A stretch of 31,764 nt of DNA from a virus. Its lineage: Duplodnaviria; Caudoviricetes. The position numbers and the translations under genes were made by a program. Positions 16,211 through 25,743 of the stretch are shown one piece after another. How positions within the stretch are numbered: position 1 is the stretch's first letter; every line of letters begins with the position of its first letter. Under the pieces are notes generated by a model. The model worked only from the letters and a program-made list of their open reading frames with translations. It had not been told where the DNA came from and did not search any database. The DNA lies in IMG/VR virus record IMGVR_UViG_3300042401_001464, positions 1-31,764 of that record; one strand, written 5' to 3'.

Positions 16211-16569
16211 ACTAATCCATCTAGGTTTTTTCTTCTTCGGTATTTCTTCTTTGACTCGTTGACGTGCTTCTCTGGTTCGTTCCAGTGTCCGCTACGGAAG
16301 AGTAAGAGTGTGGCGTCCTCGAGATTCTCGGCGATACAACTGTCACAGATAGCGATGATGAAACTGTCGGTGTCGTGTGCTGATCCGAAACCTGCGTGGA
16401 TTAACTGTACGATACCACCGTTTACCATCTCGTTATCCACTGTGAGTGTCCTACCGTTTCTTAATTCTTCTCTCCACAACAAATCCTCCTCGGATTTTTC
16501 ACCGAGTTGTCCGTCCATAAGTGGATCGTATGGAGTGACTTTGTCTTGTTTACAACAGATACAGTACAT
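16207..16569 (-). CDS. Hypothetical zinc-binding protein
   Basis: CICC...ICDSC; GFGSAHD. Confidence 0.7.
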   Translation of the reverse strand: MYCICCKQDKVTPYDPLMDGQLGEKSEEDLLWREELRNGRTLTVDNEMVNGGIVQLIHAGFGSAHDTDSFIIAICDSCIAENLEDATLLLFRSGHWNEPEKHVNESKKKYRRRKNLDGLV

Positions 16570-16574
16570 TCGGT

Positions 16575-16877
16575 TTAGTTTGACCAGTTTTGTTTTATGT
16601 CTTTCAGTAAGTCAGACTTCATCTCACCGAAAGGTTTTGAGAAAAGGAATGCACCATTTTCTATACCGTAACATTTTGCGAGGTATTCGTCTATATGTGT
16701 CTCGGATAATTTGTCGGTTCTTTTGAATATTCCGGAGTTGGTATAAGTCGCGCCGTTTTCCGGATGGTTGAACCAGATGTTGAAATTGTCTACATTGAAT
16801 ATTATTTCTTCCAAAGGAATAACTTTCTTTGGTTGTTTTTCGTTTTTACTCAATAGTGAATCAATTATACTTTTCAT
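16575..16877 (-). CDS. Hypothetical protein
   Basis: 100-aa ORF in operon context. Confidence 0.7.
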   Translation of the reverse strand: MKSIIDSLLSKNEKQPKKVIPLEEIIFNVDNFNIWFNHPENGATYTNSGIFKRTDKLSETHIDEYLAKCYGIENGAFLFSKPFGEMKSDLLKDIKQNWSN

Positions 16878-17105
16878 TTTATATCAATTTAGGTAAAAAA
16901 CTTCAAAATCTTTACTCGCTATTTCTCCAATCAATATTTGGAAAGCAACGAACTCGTTACGAACAGTTATTCCTGATATTTTGTCTGTCAAAAACATATT
17001 AGTTGAATTTACGTGAATAATAAGCAATCTCGTGTGCCAATGCTGCAATTTCTATCTGTGTAAGTGTCATAGTTTCTTTCTTTTTTTACAAATATAAGAA
17101 AAATA

Positions 17106-17561
17106 TTAATCAATACCCAGACTATCGATTTTTATTTCTCGTGTCAACGACTTCATATATGAATTTACCCTTTCGTGTAGGTCATCATCATTTCCGTAAA
17201 GTGCTCTAACCTCGAACTCTTTGTCGGTTGAATCCTCAATTGGTTTTTCATTGTGTATGAGTAAAAAGGTGGTTTCTGAAAAACACCATTTTCTACCACC
17301 ATAGTATGTACCTTTTGAGTCTTTTTTATTCTCTTTGATTGCCTCGTTAGGAAGACCTGCTTTGATAAGTGCCTTCCTGTATTTGTCTGATGGACAGAAA
17401 CATTCAGCCAAAAATCCGTTGTGTCGTTCGAAGTCCCAGGTACACTCGGTTTTTGTGAGTCCCCAGGTTTTCTCGTGTATAGTTTCGAATGCTTTCTCAA
17501 TTGTTTCGAACACCAATGTCACGTTTTCGAAACCGTGTGTGAATATTACTGTCTTTACCAT
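17106..17561 (-). CDS. Hypothetical protein
   Basis: 151-aa ORF ending TREIKIDSLGID. Confidence 0.75.
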   Translation of the reverse strand: MVKTVIFTHGFENVTLVFETIEKAFETIHEKTWGLTKTECTWDFERHNGFLAECFCPSDKYRKALIKAGLPNEAIKENKKDSKGTYYGGRKWCFSETTFLLIHNEKPIEDSTDKEFEVRALYGNDDDLHERVNSYMKSLTREIKIDSLGID

Positions 17562-17565
17562 AATT

Positions 17566-17823
17566 TTATTTGTTTGAGAGTATCTTCGCGTTATCTGTCA
17601 TTGCCTCCATCATCTCGAGCATCGCTTGTTGTTGTGCAACATATGCTTTTTGAAATTTGATAGAGTTTTCCATAAATTTTGTCCACTTCTCGATGTCACC
17701 TGTCATCGGATTCCGAATTCCACTGAAAGCCTCTGCGTTCTTTACTCCTTTGAATACCTCTGGCATCTCAGGCATCATCTTTTGCTGGAATTTCATCCAG
17801 TCTTCCATCATTTTCTCAAACAT
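17566..17823 (-). CDS. Hypothetical Met-rich helical protein
   Basis: 85-aa ORF in operon context. Confidence 0.7.
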   Translation of the reverse strand: MFEKMMEDWMKFQQKMMPEMPEVFKGVKNAEAFSGIRNPMTGDIEKWTKFMENSIKFQKAYVAQQQAMLEMMEAMTDNAKILSNK

Positions 17824-17829
17824 GTCATT

Positions 17830-18165
17830 TTAGTTTAGTGAGATTATTGTGTTTCTAGCTATTTCCCTTACTGAGTTATCACTGCAGTGTTGAAAGACAA
17901 GTACCGCGTGCTCCTCTTTGTCGTCCCAAATCAATGGCAGCTTTATTTTGTCACCTTTACACCACTTTCCGTCTTCGGAGTTCTCCGTCAGTGTTATGAT
18001 TGCTAGGTATGGCTTACGGTGGTGTGACCACTCGTAGTCCTCTATTATCGTTCCGAGAGTGTAGACCTTTCCGTCTTCTGCAATTTTGAGTTCCAGTGCC
18101 TGACCCAGCTTGTAAGAATACCAATCTATCATAGGTTTTTGTTTTTTTGTTCCACTTCTGTCCAC
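17830..18165 (-). CDS. Hypothetical protein (true start probably MIDW, ATG at 18132)
   Basis: ORF track; overlap with the esterase stop codon. Confidence 0.65.
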   Translation of the reverse strand: MDRSGTKKQKPMIDWYSYKLGQALELKIAEDGKVYTLGTIIEDYEWSHHRKPYLAIITLTENSEDGKWCKGDKIKLPLIWDDKEEHAVLVFQHCSDNSVREIARNTIISLN

Positions 18166-18647
18166 TTCTTTGTAAACATAGCGTATTTTATAAAGACAGG
18201 AAGTGATATTTGATGACCCATATCTTCTATTACCAATTCAACTTTGTTGTAGATTCCGTTACTACGTAAGAACTCATATGATCTCTCTGGATCCACTACA
18301 TCGTCGTTCTTACCAAGTACTATAAGTATGTTTGAATCGAAATTTTTATTGAGATCATAACCGAAGTCGTCGTATCTAACACCGAATGCTGGATTGAAAC
18401 ACAACGCATCAATATTGTTTTTTGTTGCTAAGTAGAAAGCCATCTGGCCACCCATTGATGATCCTATGACGTGTGTAATACCTTCTGATTTGATTACTTC
18501 GTCCAATTCTTTGAAAAGATTTTGTCTTCTCATATCGTCCTCCCAGTCGATATGTGGTGCTATTACCTGTCCGAAGATTTCTTCGAGTGCTTTCACCTTT
18601 ACTGGAACTGGTGAAGATTGGAATCCGTGTATGTATAGTGCCTTCAT
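18129..18647 (-). CDS. YqiA/UPF0227-like alpha/beta hydrolase (esterase)
   Basis: YIHGFQSSP; GSSMGG nucleophile elbow; NPA; DDVVD; MGH. Confidence 0.85.
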   Translation of the reverse strand: MKALYIHGFQSSPVPVKVKALEEIFGQVIAPHIDWEDDMRRQNLFKELDEVIKSEGITHVIGSSMGGQMAFYLATKNNIDALCFNPAFGVRYDDFGYDLNKNFDSNILIVLGKNDDVVDPERSYEFLRSNGIYNKVELVIEDMGHQISLPVFIKYAMFTKKWTEVEQKNKNL

Positions 18648-18685
18648 AAGACGAATATAAGTATATATTTTAAATATTAACAGAG

Positions 18686-18710
18686 AAAAGGCGGAAAATT
18701 TCCGCCTTTT
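18686..18710. terminator. Intrinsic terminator
   Basis: aaaaggcggaa-aat-ttccgcctttt. Confidence 0.8.
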
Positions 18711-18712
18711 AA

Positions 18713-19960
18713 TTATTTTTTCTTTTCTTCTTCCTCTTCATTGAAGTATTCGTCCTCTTCGGATCCTCTCTCAGTAACCTTACTAGTGTAAGAGTTTGAT
18801 CCTACGAACTTGTCGAACTCCTCGTCTTGCTCGAAACCTTTACGAATCATCTTAGATGTAATCTCGTGCCAGTTCAACTCGCCGGTGTAAGTGATTTTTA
18901 TCACACCGCCTTCAGGTTTGATTTCGAACTTACCCTCGATGTCGATAGACTTGATATCGTTGATGATTTTGTTCAACTCGACTTCTTTCTCTTCGTCCTC
19001 TTTGCTGTAGTCCTCACGTTTGTCTGTGATGTTTATTTCGTAGAATCCAGATGTGAGCTGAGTGAAAAGAACGTCTTTCTTCAATCCTAAAAGGTCTGCA
19101 ATTTTGTCGGCTACGTGTTTGGTGTTCTCGTCTAATCCGGTTTCGTGTTTCTTCTCTTCGGATACGTGAAAAACAATACCGTTAGGTTCGTTTGTAGGTA
19201 ACATCGTCTCTAAACGTGAGTTTAGAACTTTCAATTCCTCAGTAGTCTTTTTAATCTTTGTCTCTGCGGTGCTTAGTTCGAACTTTGTCTTACCTAATTC
19301 TCTCTCAGATTTCTCGATGCGTTCTTTAAGTTCATTCACTTTTTGTTCATTCATCTTACGGAACGATTCCTCTAAGTAAGTTTCTGATGCAGATTTGAGT
19401 TTGTCGTTAGGCTCAGATGGGTTCTCAATCTCGTTTACCAAAACTTCTGCATCTTTCTCAGAAATTTCAATTTCGTCTTCTTCATCGAAGTCGTTGGTAT
19501 CACCAAATAAAAGATCAAGTGCACTTAAACCTTTTTCTGAAATCTCCGGTTCGTCAAAAATTGAACGAAGTTTATCAATTGGTTTTTGGTGTTCTACTTC
19601 AAGATAGCAGATACCACCATCCTCGTCTTTGAACGTAAATCCGGATGTTACGAATTTATTGGCATATCCAGTCACGTCTGCATCTTCGATTTGTTCGATT
19701 AATCGTTTCAACATAGCTTCGTCTGCGATGTCTGTGTCGATTTCCTCGAAATCTAAGGTACCTTCGTCACGGATTGTCATTTTGAACTTTGTCTTGTCGA
19801 ATAAACCTGACAATTGAGATCCGTCAATATATGCAGTCTCGCGGAAAAGCCTAACTCTTCCTTGTGTCGCCGACATAAAGCTGACGAACTTTCCTTTTGT
19901 TTTAAATTTACCAATTACTGGTGCCTTATCCTGCTTTTCGATTTGTTCTTCCATTTCCAT
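18713..19960 (-). CDS. Acidic coiled-coil hypothetical protein
   Basis: 415-aa ORF with a central heptad region. Confidence 0.8.
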   Translation of the reverse strand: MEMEEQIEKQDKAPVIGKFKTKGKFVSFMSATQGRVRLFRETAYIDGSQLSGLFDKTKFKMTIRDEGTLDFEEIDTDIADEAMLKRLIEQIEDADVTGYANKFVTSGFTFKDEDGGICYLEVEHQKPIDKLRSIFDEPEISEKGLSALDLLFGDTNDFDEEDEIEISEKDAEVLVNEIENPSEPNDKLKSASETYLEESFRKMNEQKVNELKERIEKSERELGKTKFELSTAETKIKKTTEELKVLNSRLETMLPTNEPNGIVFHVSEEKKHETGLDENTKHVADKIADLLGLKKDVLFTQLTSGFYEINITDKREDYSKEDEEKEVELNKIINDIKSIDIEGKFEIKPEGGVIKITYTGELNWHEITSKMIRKGFEQDEEFDKFVGSNSYTSKVTERGSEEDEYFNEEEEEKKK

Positions 19961-19995
19961 TATGAGTAGTTTTTACAAATATAATGTTTTAAATC

Positions 19996-20646
19996 AAAAT
20001 GCCACCCTAAAATTAAATTTTTATTCAGTGTAAAGTTTTGTTAATGATATATAACTAAAAGTAAATATCATATGGAACATTTTTTATGGATAGACGGTCA
20101 GAGATCGGCACAAAGTAGGTTTATAGTTGATATGTTTCCAGAGTTTTTAAAAAAATTTGATGTAATAATAGAATTGGGAACATTCACAGGTGTTTTCACC
20201 AAATATTTATCATTGAATGTGAATGTAAATACACGAATCTATACCTACGACATAAATCCACATTATAGAGAGGTCGGAGATTTACCGAACACAAACTTCG
20301 TTATATCTGATATATTGGAACCTTCTACAATTTTCGAGATAAAAACACTTGTAAAGTTCGGAGGTAGAGTTTTATTTCTTTGTGATGGTGGTGATAAAGA
20401 AACCGAATTCAAATTGTATTCAAAATTCCTGAAGACGAATGATGTTATAATGTTGCATGATTATGAGGATAGTCCGGAAGAATATGAAATTATTAAGAAT
20501 AGAATTGGATGGACTACCAAATCGGAATCTAAATACAAAAACTTAGAGATGTATCTCGAGAACTTAAACCTGAGTAAATTTATGTATGATGAATTTAAGG
20601 ATGTTCTTTGGGGATGTTTTGTTAAAAATTAAAAATGCCACCCTAA
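19996..20646. repeat. 15-bp direct repeat AAAATGCCACCCTAA (19996-20010 and 20632-20646) flanking the methyltransferase
   Basis: Exact match read from the sequence. Confidence 0.88.
20072..20632 (+). CDS. Class I SAM-dependent methyltransferase (CmcI / Methyltransf_24-like)
   Basis: IIELGTFTG; YTYDI; CDGG; IMLHD. Confidence 0.75.
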   Translation: MEHFLWIDGQRSAQSRFIVDMFPEFLKKFDVIIELGTFTGVFTKYLSLNVNVNTRIYTYDINPHYREVGDLPNTNFVISDILEPSTIFEIKTLVKFGGRVLFLCDGGDKETEFKLYSKFLKTNDVIMLHDYEDSPEEYEIIKNRIGWTTKSESKYKNLEMYLENLNLSKFMYDEFKDVLWGCFVKN

Positions 20647-20658
20647 GGTGGCATTTTT
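20631..20658. terminator. Bidirectional terminator
   Basis: aaaaatgccacc-ctaa-ggtggcattttt. Confidence 0.85.
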
Positions 20659-22190
20659 TATGCTAAAACTGTTTCGGTTCCACTTTTAGTGAGAGCCTCA
20701 ATTTTACCTCTAATCTCTGTAAGTGTGGTTTCGTTGTAAAACTTACCATCTTCGTAGATAACTTGAAGGATTCCTTCTTTCTCTTCGTCAAATGTGCATT
20801 GTACACCTACTGAGTGGTCACCATCTTCTGTTTCATGAACCGAGATAAGTCCTTTCAATGATTTCTTAGTTCCATCATCTGAGATTGGATCTTTGTAGAT
20901 ATCGTGTTGAACTCCATTCTCTTCGAACCAAGCACCTTTTGCTGCAAATCCAAATGTATCACGCGTATTGTATTGGTAAGTATAAGAACCTACACCTAAA
21001 ACAATGTTCGTAGCTGCAAAACCTTTCTCTGCTAATCTCTCATAGATTTGAACCTGACGATCGGTCGTAATAGAGTCACCGTAAATGGCACCGATGTGTG
21101 GGTCTAAGACTTTATATCCTTGTTCATTGATTGTTCCACCAAAGATGTCCCATAAACACTCAATCAATCCTTTTGTGTAGAACTCTGGATAGAATGCGCG
21201 GTTCTCATTATCTGTTAATTCAGTTCTTCCGTGTCCACAGATGATTTCAACTGGATCTCCAGAGTCAGGACGAATAACTAACTTACCATCACGAGATAAG
21301 ATTTGGTCTTTCAGGTCGAAGCAATATCCACCTTCAGATGGTTTGGCAACTTTTGTGATGTCGAACGTATCCATTACTACTGATAAAATACCTTTATCAA
21401 ATTTGTTCATCCAATCGATTAACATTTGTTTCTCACCAACGGTGAAAATTTTGGTAGTAGATACAGAGTGTTCTGATGCATTTACAGAGTTGATACAAAC
21501 TTCATTCTTAGGCTCACCATAGAAGTAACGAGCTGCTGGAATAACTACAATAGTATCAGAACCTCTAAATGACGTAGCGTGTCCTAAGCCAGATGAAACC
21601 ATCGTCCAAGGATCGATACCACGTGCTGAGAAGTCGTGTGCTAAGAAAGGAATCAACCAAGCGTTAGTAGGGTCTGTCTTTAGTACCCACTCGTAAAGGT
21701 TTCGGTTGTACTTAAGTGCGATTGTTGCGGATGTTGCAGGTTTCCACGCCAAAGATGACACGATTGTCTCTAAGAAAAGAGTAAGCCAAGCGTATCCTTT
21801 CTTTGTGTTGACGAACGTCATATGTGGCACGTTCGGTCTTGTCTCGATTCCCTCAGGAAGAGCTTTTGCTCTAATTGGTAAGTAACCTAATTTATGAAGA
21901 GTAATAAAGTGGTCTCCATTAAATTCCATACCTAAATATATACTCATATCTTCAACGAATGATATAGCTTCTTCAACTGGCTTGTTGAAAAAGTTTTCAG
22001 TGAATTCGTCATGAATCCATCGCCAAGTTAGTTGTTGTCCAAATGATACAATTTTATTGATACCTTTTGGTGCGTGTTTTGTAGAACGTGGAATCCATGT
22101 CCCATAAAGGAAGTCAGTTCCTTCTGCGAGCATCGCTTTGTGGCCAATCTTGTAGCCGTCTGTGTAATACAGTGATGTGGGTCTAAACAT
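20658..22190 (-). CDS. nadV: Nicotinamide phosphoribosyltransferase family protein (NAMPT/NadV; probable Namat of NARP1)
   Basis: TDGYKIGH; HDFSARG; ASEHSV; VIRPDSGDP; IYGDSIT; RDTFGFA; KKSLKG. Confidence 0.92.
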   Translation of the reverse strand: MFRPTSLYYTDGYKIGHKAMLAEGTDFLYGTWIPRSTKHAPKGINKIVSFGQQLTWRWIHDEFTENFFNKPVEEAISFVEDMSIYLGMEFNGDHFITLHKLGYLPIRAKALPEGIETRPNVPHMTFVNTKKGYAWLTLFLETIVSSLAWKPATSATIALKYNRNLYEWVLKTDPTNAWLIPFLAHDFSARGIDPWTMVSSGLGHATSFRGSDTIVVIPAARYFYGEPKNEVCINSVNASEHSVSTTKIFTVGEKQMLIDWMNKFDKGILSVVMDTFDITKVAKPSEGGYCFDLKDQILSRDGKLVIRPDSGDPVEIICGHGRTELTDNENRAFYPEFYTKGLIECLWDIFGGTINEQGYKVLDPHIGAIYGDSITTDRQVQIYERLAEKGFAATNIVLGVGSYTYQYNTRDTFGFAAKGAWFEENGVQHDIYKDPISDDGTKKSLKGLISVHETEDGDHSVGVQCTFDEEKEGILQVIYEDGKFYNETTLTEIRGKIEALTKSGTETVLA

Positions 22191-22202
22191 TTTATTTTAT
22201 TT

Positions 22203-22841
22203 TTATTTATTATCTTCGAATATAAGTGTGAATCTTTTTTTTGATAAACTCCATCTCATTTTATAATAGACGAATATGTACTCAGTCTTTTTATCGTCTT
22301 TATAGTTTTGTAGAAAAGTAAATGTCATCCATTTCAATTTTTTACTTTCAATTGCATCCGACACTGATTTTATAGAAATTATTTCATAAAATAAAGAATC
22401 TGAACATGTGCAACTTTCATTTTCGTCAAAAATACGTAAAACAATGTCATTTTTTATTGTGTCTGACATATAATAAAAGAAACGAATTATTGAAAACTCG
22501 GCTTTCGGATCATCTATTTCTTCACTTATAACATATTTTAGTTTTTCGTTGTTTTCAAATAATAATTTCCTTCTATCTGCGGCCAATGTGTTAATCTTTA
22601 CATTGACATCTTTGTTAGTCATAAAAATACCATTCTTATGAATATGTTTTGCAATAGTTTCTATTAAGTTTATGGAATCGTATTCGTGTAAATATGAGTA
22701 AGTGTGTCCATTATCCACAAAGTAATATTCCTTTAGGTTGGGTTCCTCATAATATATTGGTGTGTCCGCCTGTGAGAGACTAAAAAACGAAAATGATATA
22801 ATAAATATCGTTAGCATTCTGTTTATCACATCAGTTCTCAT
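22203..22841 (-). CDS. Hypothetical secreted protein
   Basis: 212 aa with a signal peptide. Confidence 0.7.
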   Translation of the reverse strand: MRTDVINRMLTIFIISFSFFSLSQADTPIYYEEPNLKEYYFVDNGHTYSYLHEYDSINLIETIAKHIHKNGIFMTNKDVNVKINTLAADRRKLLFENNEKLKYVISEEIDDPKAEFSIIRFFYYMSDTIKNDIVLRIFDENESCTCSDSLFYEIISIKSVSDAIESKKLKWMTFTFLQNYKDDKKTEYIFVYYKMRWSLSKKRFTLIFEDNK

Positions 22842-23028
22842 TATATTTTCTTTTATTATGTTCTTTCTCTATTCCTTTCGCCAAACATTCGTTTTGAGAT
22901 TCCTCTTCAAATACTCCACCCATAAAGATAAAGAATATTCCTGGTAATGAAAGTAAGAAAGAAGGTATTATAAGAATCATTCCGAATATCCTAAATATGG
23001 CTCCTAATATGTTGATCATTTTTCTCAT
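22831..23028 (-). CDS. Small membrane protein
   Basis: 65 aa, hydrophobic N-terminal half; overlaps both neighbours. Confidence 0.6.
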   Translation of the reverse strand: MRKMINILGAIFRIFGMILIIPSFLLSLPGIFFIFMGGVFEEESQNECLAKGIEKEHNKRKYNEN

Positions 23029-23441
23029 ATCTCGTATATTCCTGGTTCGTCTGACTCGTCCAAAAAACGGAATTTTACCATAGTCTTTCCGACTAATTCG
23101 TGTGTCGACGTTTTGTTAACGTTTTCTATTTCTCCTATTGTGTATGCGGTTCTTACAGAATCTGGTATTCCTTGTCGTATACACATTTCAGAATAAAGTC
23201 TGTGAATTTCTTCCGCAATCTCTCTAACCTTCTCTGGCTTAGTTGTACATCCAGGATGTACATCCTCGTCCATAGGTATAACAATTTCGTCTTTGAACCT
23301 CTCGTTTATATACTCTGCAATAGTCGCGACATTTTCTTGAAAGGATTTAGGTGTCTCGGAAAGGAAATGACAATACTTTATCCAATCACCAGGAACACCA
23401 TCTTTTGGACATATCTTTGTGTATATAACTCCGTATTCCAT
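23025..23441 (-). CDS. Hypothetical protein
   Basis: 138-aa ORF in operon context. Confidence 0.75.
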   Translation of the reverse strand: MEYGVIYTKICPKDGVPGDWIKYCHFLSETPKSFQENVATIAEYINERFKDEIVIPMDEDVHPGCTTKPEKVREIAEEIHRLYSEMCIRQGIPDSVRTAYTIGEIENVNKTSTHELVGKTMVKFRFLDESDEPGIYEI

Positions 23442-23442
23442 C

Positions 23443-24252
23443 TTATACCGTTTGTGGTTTGTTAAAAACTGTTCCTTCTAAAAGATAAACAAGATCATAA
23501 GTTGTCAAATTGTTGAGCTCGTAATATCCGAATTTCGAGTTGGTTGTGAATATTTTGTCATAGTGCTGCTCCAACTCAGGGTTAGGATTCTGAACCGTCA
23601 TATGTGATACTGCTAAGTAAAGTTTACCCGCGTTTCTTTCTTTCAGAAGTTTAGCCAAACCAACAAAAGTTCCTCCAAAAACACAAAGGTCATCAATAAC
23701 AAGAATATCTTTACCCTCAAAGTCTTCGTTCTCGATTACTTGCGTTAGCTTGTGTGTGATTAGGTCTCTCGACTTACTCGCACTATACACCTCACCCTCG
23801 AACTTAATTTTATCTGCTAATTTATTGATCCATTTGAACGATCCTGCGTCAGTTGATAAAAGCACCGGTTCCTGTTCCAGGTCTTTTAGAACCTGTGATA
23901 TAAAAGCACTATTGTCTACGACTCTAGCGTTTCTCACTCCCATTCCTGTTGAATCTGAGTGTGGATGGAATATTGTAACCTTGCTAAAATCACAAGAGTT
24001 GATAAAGTCTGCAACAAGTTTTAGTTCAAAAGACTCATTGTCTGCAAATCTACGGTCGTGTTGTTGTTGGAACATGCACGGTATAAAAAGCTCTACATCG
24101 TTTACTCCGTTAAAGTCACAAACGTCTTTGATCGACTTTATAAAGAAAAGGTCCTCGTATGAATTTATCCTCTCTACAATCTGTGGATTGGTGAAGTCTT
24201 GTACCTCTGCATAAATACCACCATCGGGATATTTTTTTCTAGTATATTTCAT
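23443..24252 (-). CDS. prs: Ribose-phosphate pyrophosphokinase family protein (probable Adps of NARP1)
   Basis: YPDG; QHDRR; HPHS; STDAGS; KSRD; VIDDLCVFGGTF; AVSH. Confidence 0.88.
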   Translation of the reverse strand: MKYTRKKYPDGGIYAEVQDFTNPQIVERINSYEDLFFIKSIKDVCDFNGVNDVELFIPCMFQQQHDRRFADNESFELKLVADFINSCDFSKVTIFHPHSDSTGMGVRNARVVDNSAFISQVLKDLEQEPVLLSTDAGSFKWINKLADKIKFEGEVYSASKSRDLITHKLTQVIENEDFEGKDILVIDDLCVFGGTFVGLAKLLKERNAGKLYLAVSHMTVQNPNPELEQHYDKIFTTNSKFGYYELNNLTTYDLVYLLEGTVFNKPQTV

Positions 24253-24284
24253 ATTACTAATATACGGATTTTTATATATAGTTT

Positions 24285-24824
24285 ATGAAATATTTAAAAA
24301 TTTTCGAGAACTTTTCAGAGAACAAAGATGTTCAGGATCTGTGGAAGATAAACCCTGAAGATAACATACACCTGTTGATATCTTGTTTAGAAGAGACCGG
24401 TCTTTACGGAGTCGCCGACTACGAGATATTCTACGCTGTACTGGAAACCGTAGAGGTCAAGCGAGCACCCGGGCTTCCCTCGTTCGGAAGCAGGCATTTC
24501 CGTGCGTGTTTCGTCCAGGATAGTGAAAAGTTGCGTATCGACGATGTTTATACGCAGCCCTACTATGCTTTACCTGGGCTCCGTCCGCAGTCTTCGGAGG
24601 AGTACATCGAACGTTTGAAGGCTTCAGGTCCGAGCGAGGGATTTATTCCTATGATTGAGGTAAGAGTGACCGGGCTTGACGAAGACCACGACAATCAGGT
24701 CGCCGCGTTCAGCCGCCTCTTCGGCGAGAGGTTCAGGGAGTATTTCGGTGGTGTGTACAACATAGACGAGACTGATTGGACAACCTCCGACGGCTATAGT
24801 ATGACGCTGCACATGGTTATCTAA
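24285..24824 (+). CDS. Hypothetical protein, GC-richer than its flanks
   Basis: MKYLKIFENFSEN start right after TTTATATATA. Confidence 0.75.
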   Translation: MKYLKIFENFSENKDVQDLWKINPEDNIHLLISCLEETGLYGVADYEIFYAVLETVEVKRAPGLPSFGSRHFRACFVQDSEKLRIDDVYTQPYYALPGLRPQSSEEYIERLKASGPSEGFIPMIEVRVTGLDEDHDNQVAAFSRLFGERFREYFGGVYNIDETDWTTSDGYSMTLHMVI

Positions 24825-25743
24825 GTATCGTCTCCAACATCTTATCTCGCCACTCCTGTGTTCCAGGAACTAACAACTCGTATTCCATAAGCCACTGCTC
24901 TGTACTTAGTTGACTCCTTATATCTTGTTCATGTTCAACCCAGTGTGTCTTCCAATCCCAGGAACCAATCGCAATACATCCGGGATTTTTGTCCTTACGT
25001 TTTCTCGCCCAGTCAAATACTGTTTCAAAATTACCTTCTCTGTCCGGAAGACCGGCAAGTACAATCTTCGTATTGGTCCTTGCGATAAGACCTGGAAACG
25101 TACCGGCTATTAGATCTAATCCATAAAATTGAATTCCGTCCACTATTAGAAGGTCAGGACTCACCAAAAGTTTAGACCTATCGAAAACTCGAATTGTACA
25201 CCCGTTTTCAAAACTTATAACTGCGGCAGGTTCAGGATCGTTATGCTCATTTACTTCACGAATACCAGATTGTCTATGATAAGGACAATTTTGAATTGCC
25301 TTCATTATTTTATGTGTCGCACCACGTACGTCCTTTGTTAAAAACATTATACTTTTATCCCAGTTGTTCGCTAAATAATGCGTAACATAAGTCGCCAACA
25401 CAGATGTAATACCTATCTGTCTGGCACAACTCAACACATTCATCTTATTTGATTGTATCTGTCGGAGCATCTCAAATTGGTATTCACGACTTTGTGGTAG
25501 AATACCATTCATCATTTCGGGAAGCGTTTTGTTACCTACTATATCTAGTAGTTCTTGATTGGTGTGGTTCAATACAATTGAAGAACTTCTTAGTCTATAA
25601 GATTCACCAAAAATATCAACATTGGTGTATGGTTCAACGGTGATATCTTCACCATCGTTGAGTAAATTAAGTAGCTTCATATCTCGTTCTACTGCTTTCG
25701 GATCCTCAAGCCATTGTCCTATGAGTTTTGTTGTCCAGTTCAT
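24817..25743 (-). CDS. Degenerate terminase large-subunit ATPase-domain paralog
   Basis: REYQ (Q motif); ARQIGITS (Walker A lacking K); FENGCTI; LLIVDG (Walker B lacking E); QWLMEYE; no nuclease domain. Confidence 0.7.
   Translation of the reverse strand: MNWTTKLIGQWLEDPKAVERDMKLLNLLNDGEDITVEPYTNVDIFGESYRLRSSSIVLNHTNQELLDIVGNKTLPEMMNGILPQSREYQFEMLRQIQSNKMNVLSCARQIGITSVLATYVTHYLANNWDKSIMFLTKDVRGATHKIMKAIQNCPYHRQSGIREVNEHNDPEPAAVISFENGCTIRVFDRSKLLVSPDLLIVDGIQFYGLDLIAGTFPGLIARTNTKIVLAGLPDREGNFETVFDWARKRKDKNPGCIAIGSWDWKTHWVEHEQDIRSQLSTEQWLMEYELLVPGTQEWRDKMLETILR

Noticed and set aside
15953-16726. 257-aa plus-strand ORF and other antisense ORFs (e.g. 2582..3061, 23750..24214)
   Set aside because: Shadow frames of well-supported genes on the opposite strand
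16884-17070. Two tiny ORFs (23 aa at 16999-17070, 37 aa at 16884-16997) after a TATATTTG box as another attenuator
   Set aside because: No terminator hairpin, biased codon run or tRNA downstream; may be small genes but unsupported
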